Source of the DNA: Okamejei kenojei
Taxonomy: Eukaryota
NCBI GenBank assembly: GCA_035221665.1
Contig: CM069139.1
Coordinates: forward strand, 4,030,001 to 4,094,000
DNA: 64,000 bases
Reading direction: 5' to 3'
The notes beneath the pieces are model-generated. The model was not told where the DNA came from and ran no database searches. It saw only the letters and a program-made list of their open reading frames with translations. The translations under genes were made by a program, and so were the position numbers. Below, one piece after another: positions 62,056-64,000 of the stretch; position 1 is the first letter of the stretch; every line of letters begins with the position of its first letter.

Positions 62056-64000
62056 CCCACAGGAGCCGTTGGAGGAAGTGAAGGAGGGGGAGGAGCGACA
62101 CCCGACCGGTAGGTTTTAAAATCGAGCGCGGGGCTTGTGTTTCCAGAGGCCCACAGGAGCCGTTGGAGGAAGTGAAGGAGGGGGAGGAGCGACACCCGAC
62201 CGGTAGGTTTAAAATCTAGCTGCGGGGCTTGTTGTTCCAGAGGCTTACCCAAATCCATAACGTTCCATTTGGAGGTGGGTTTTTTTTGGGGTTTTTTGAG
62301 GAAGCCGCTGATTGGTGGAAGAGGACCCGAGGAAGCAGCTGATTGGGTGCAACCCCGGGTTTACAATTTTACATTTCTGCCTTCTGGGAGTGAGGGATTC
62401 TGGAGTGAGGGATTTAGTATTTAGTAGTAAAGTTTAAAGGATTAAGTTTTTGTGTTTTTTTTAGTAATTTGGGAGTAAGGTATGGCAGTAGAGATTGGCC
62501 CCGTGGTTTGTTCAGCCTGCAACATGTGGGAGATCAGGGAGATGGTCGGTGTCCCTGGTGACTACAGTTGCAGGAAGTGTGTCCAGCTGCAGCTCCTGGC
62601 AGATCGCATTGAACGATTGGAACTGCGGCTGGATTCATACTGGAGCATCCACGATGCGGAGAAAGTCGTGGATAGCACGTACAGTGAGTTGGTCACACCG
62701 CAGGCAAAAGGTAGGAGGACAAGAAGAGAACGGGTGGCCAATAGCCAGCAAAGTAGTAGGCAGGTAGTGCAGGGAGTCCCCTGCGTCATCTCCCTCCTAA
62801 ACAGGTATACCATTTTGGATACTGTTGAGGGAGATGGCTCATCAGGGGAATGCAGCAGCAGCCAAGTTCATGGCACCATGGGTGGCTCTGCAGCACATGA
62901 GGGGGGAAAAAAGAGGGGAAGGGCAATAGTAATAGGGATTCAATTGTCAGGGGAATAGATAGGCGTTTCTGCGGCCGCAAACGAGACTCCAGGATGGTAT
63001 GTTCCTCCCTGGTGCAAAGGTCAGGGATGTCACTGAACGGCTGCAGAACATTCTGGAGGGGGAGGGTGAACAGCCAGTTGTCGTGGTGCATGTTGGCACC
63101 AACGATATAGGTAAAAAAAGGGATGAGGTCCTACAAGGTGAATTTAGGGAGCTAGGAGATAAACTTAAAAGTAGGACCTCAAAGTAGTAATCTCCGGATT
63201 ACTACCAGTACCACGGGCCAGTCAGAGTAGAAATAGGAGATAATGCAAATGAATACGTGGCTTGAAAAGTGGTGTAAGGGGGAGGGATTCAAATTTTTAG
63301 GGCACTGGGACCAGTTCTGGGGGAGGTGGGACCGGTACAAACAGGGACGGTTTGCACTTGGAATGGAATGGAACCAATGTTCTTGGGGGAGTGTTTGCTA
63401 GTGCTGTCGGGGAGGATTTAAAACTAATGTGGCAGGGGGATGGGTACAAGAGCAGAGAGGAGGAGGGTGTAAATGAGGGTAGAAGCATTAGGTAGCAAGG
63501 TGAAAGGTAAAAGTGGCAGGCAGACAAAACCAGGGCAAAAATCAAAAAGGGCCACTTTTCAGCAAAATTGTATAAGGGGTAAATGCGTTGTAAAGACAAG
63601 CCTGAAGGCTTTGTGTCTCAATGCAAGGAGTATTCGTAATAAGGTGGACGAGTTGAAACGTTGCAGATAGATATTAATGATTATGATATAGTTGGGATCA
63701 CGGAGACATGGCTCCAGGGTGACGTAGGCTGGGAGCTGAACATCCAGGGATATTCAATATTCAGAAGGGATAGAGAGAAAGGAAAAGGAGGTGGGGTAGC
63801 GTTGCTGGTTAGAGAGGAGATTAAAGCAATGGAAAGGAAGGACATTAGCTTGGAGGATGTGGAATCGGTATGGGTAGAGCTACAAAACACTAAGGGGCAG
63901 AAAACGCTGGTGGGTGTTGTGTACAGGCCACCTAACAGTAGCAGAGAAGTTGGGGATGGTATCAAACAGGAAATTAGAAATGCGTGCGACAAAGGCAAAA
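62056..64000 (+). mobile_element. CR1 LINE 5' end: tandem 5'UTR, ORF1 (Zn finger/leucine zipper and SGNH esterase, ~62482-63430) and start of ORF2 APE endonuclease (from ~63590)
   Basis: ORF1: CSAC...CRKC, LADRIERLELRL, NRYTIL, VIG(DS), LPGAKVRDV, VHVGTND, DGLHL. ORF2: LCLNARSIRNK, DIVGITETWL, RRDR..GKGGGV, VYRPPNS. Only a few single-base frameshifts; continues beyond the window. Confidence 0.95.

Overview
This is eukaryotic, vertebrate DNA, most likely from a cartilaginous fish (skate/ray). That call rests on the HE1/V-SINE-like SINEs, CR1 LINEs with (TTTCTATG)n/(CTATTGT)n tails and Penelope-derived repeats. It is a draft assembly with 4 N-gaps, indel-rich stretches and inserted poly-G/C runs. 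The only host gene I can support is a nesprin-2 (SYNE2-like) gene on the minus strand. It has a candidate start exon at ~57.6 kb, seven calponin-homology (CH1/CH2) exons at 36.1-24.9 kb (the last three frameshifted) and eight clean spectrin-repeat exons at 21.0-8.15 kb; it continues beyond the left part of the window. Introns are packed with CR1, Rex/Babar, L1/Tx1 and Penelope fragments, tRNA-derived SINEs, a solo LTR, hAT- and Harbinger-like MITEs and many GC-skewed minisatellites. A class I endogenous retrovirus pol fragment lies at the far left. Most worth following up: (i) two large blocks of the expected nesprin-2 N-terminal rod appear to be missing; (ii) dispersed, often palindromic Penelope-derived units carry a minimal hammerhead-ribozyme core; (iii) a four-layer nested insertion; (iv) a palindromic RFX X-box abutting a splice donor; (v) a ~6.7 kb tandem duplication that is probably an assembly artefact. 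Comparisons with human nesprin-2 and repeat families are from recalled knowledge, not computed alignments. I found no convincing wholly new biological system.
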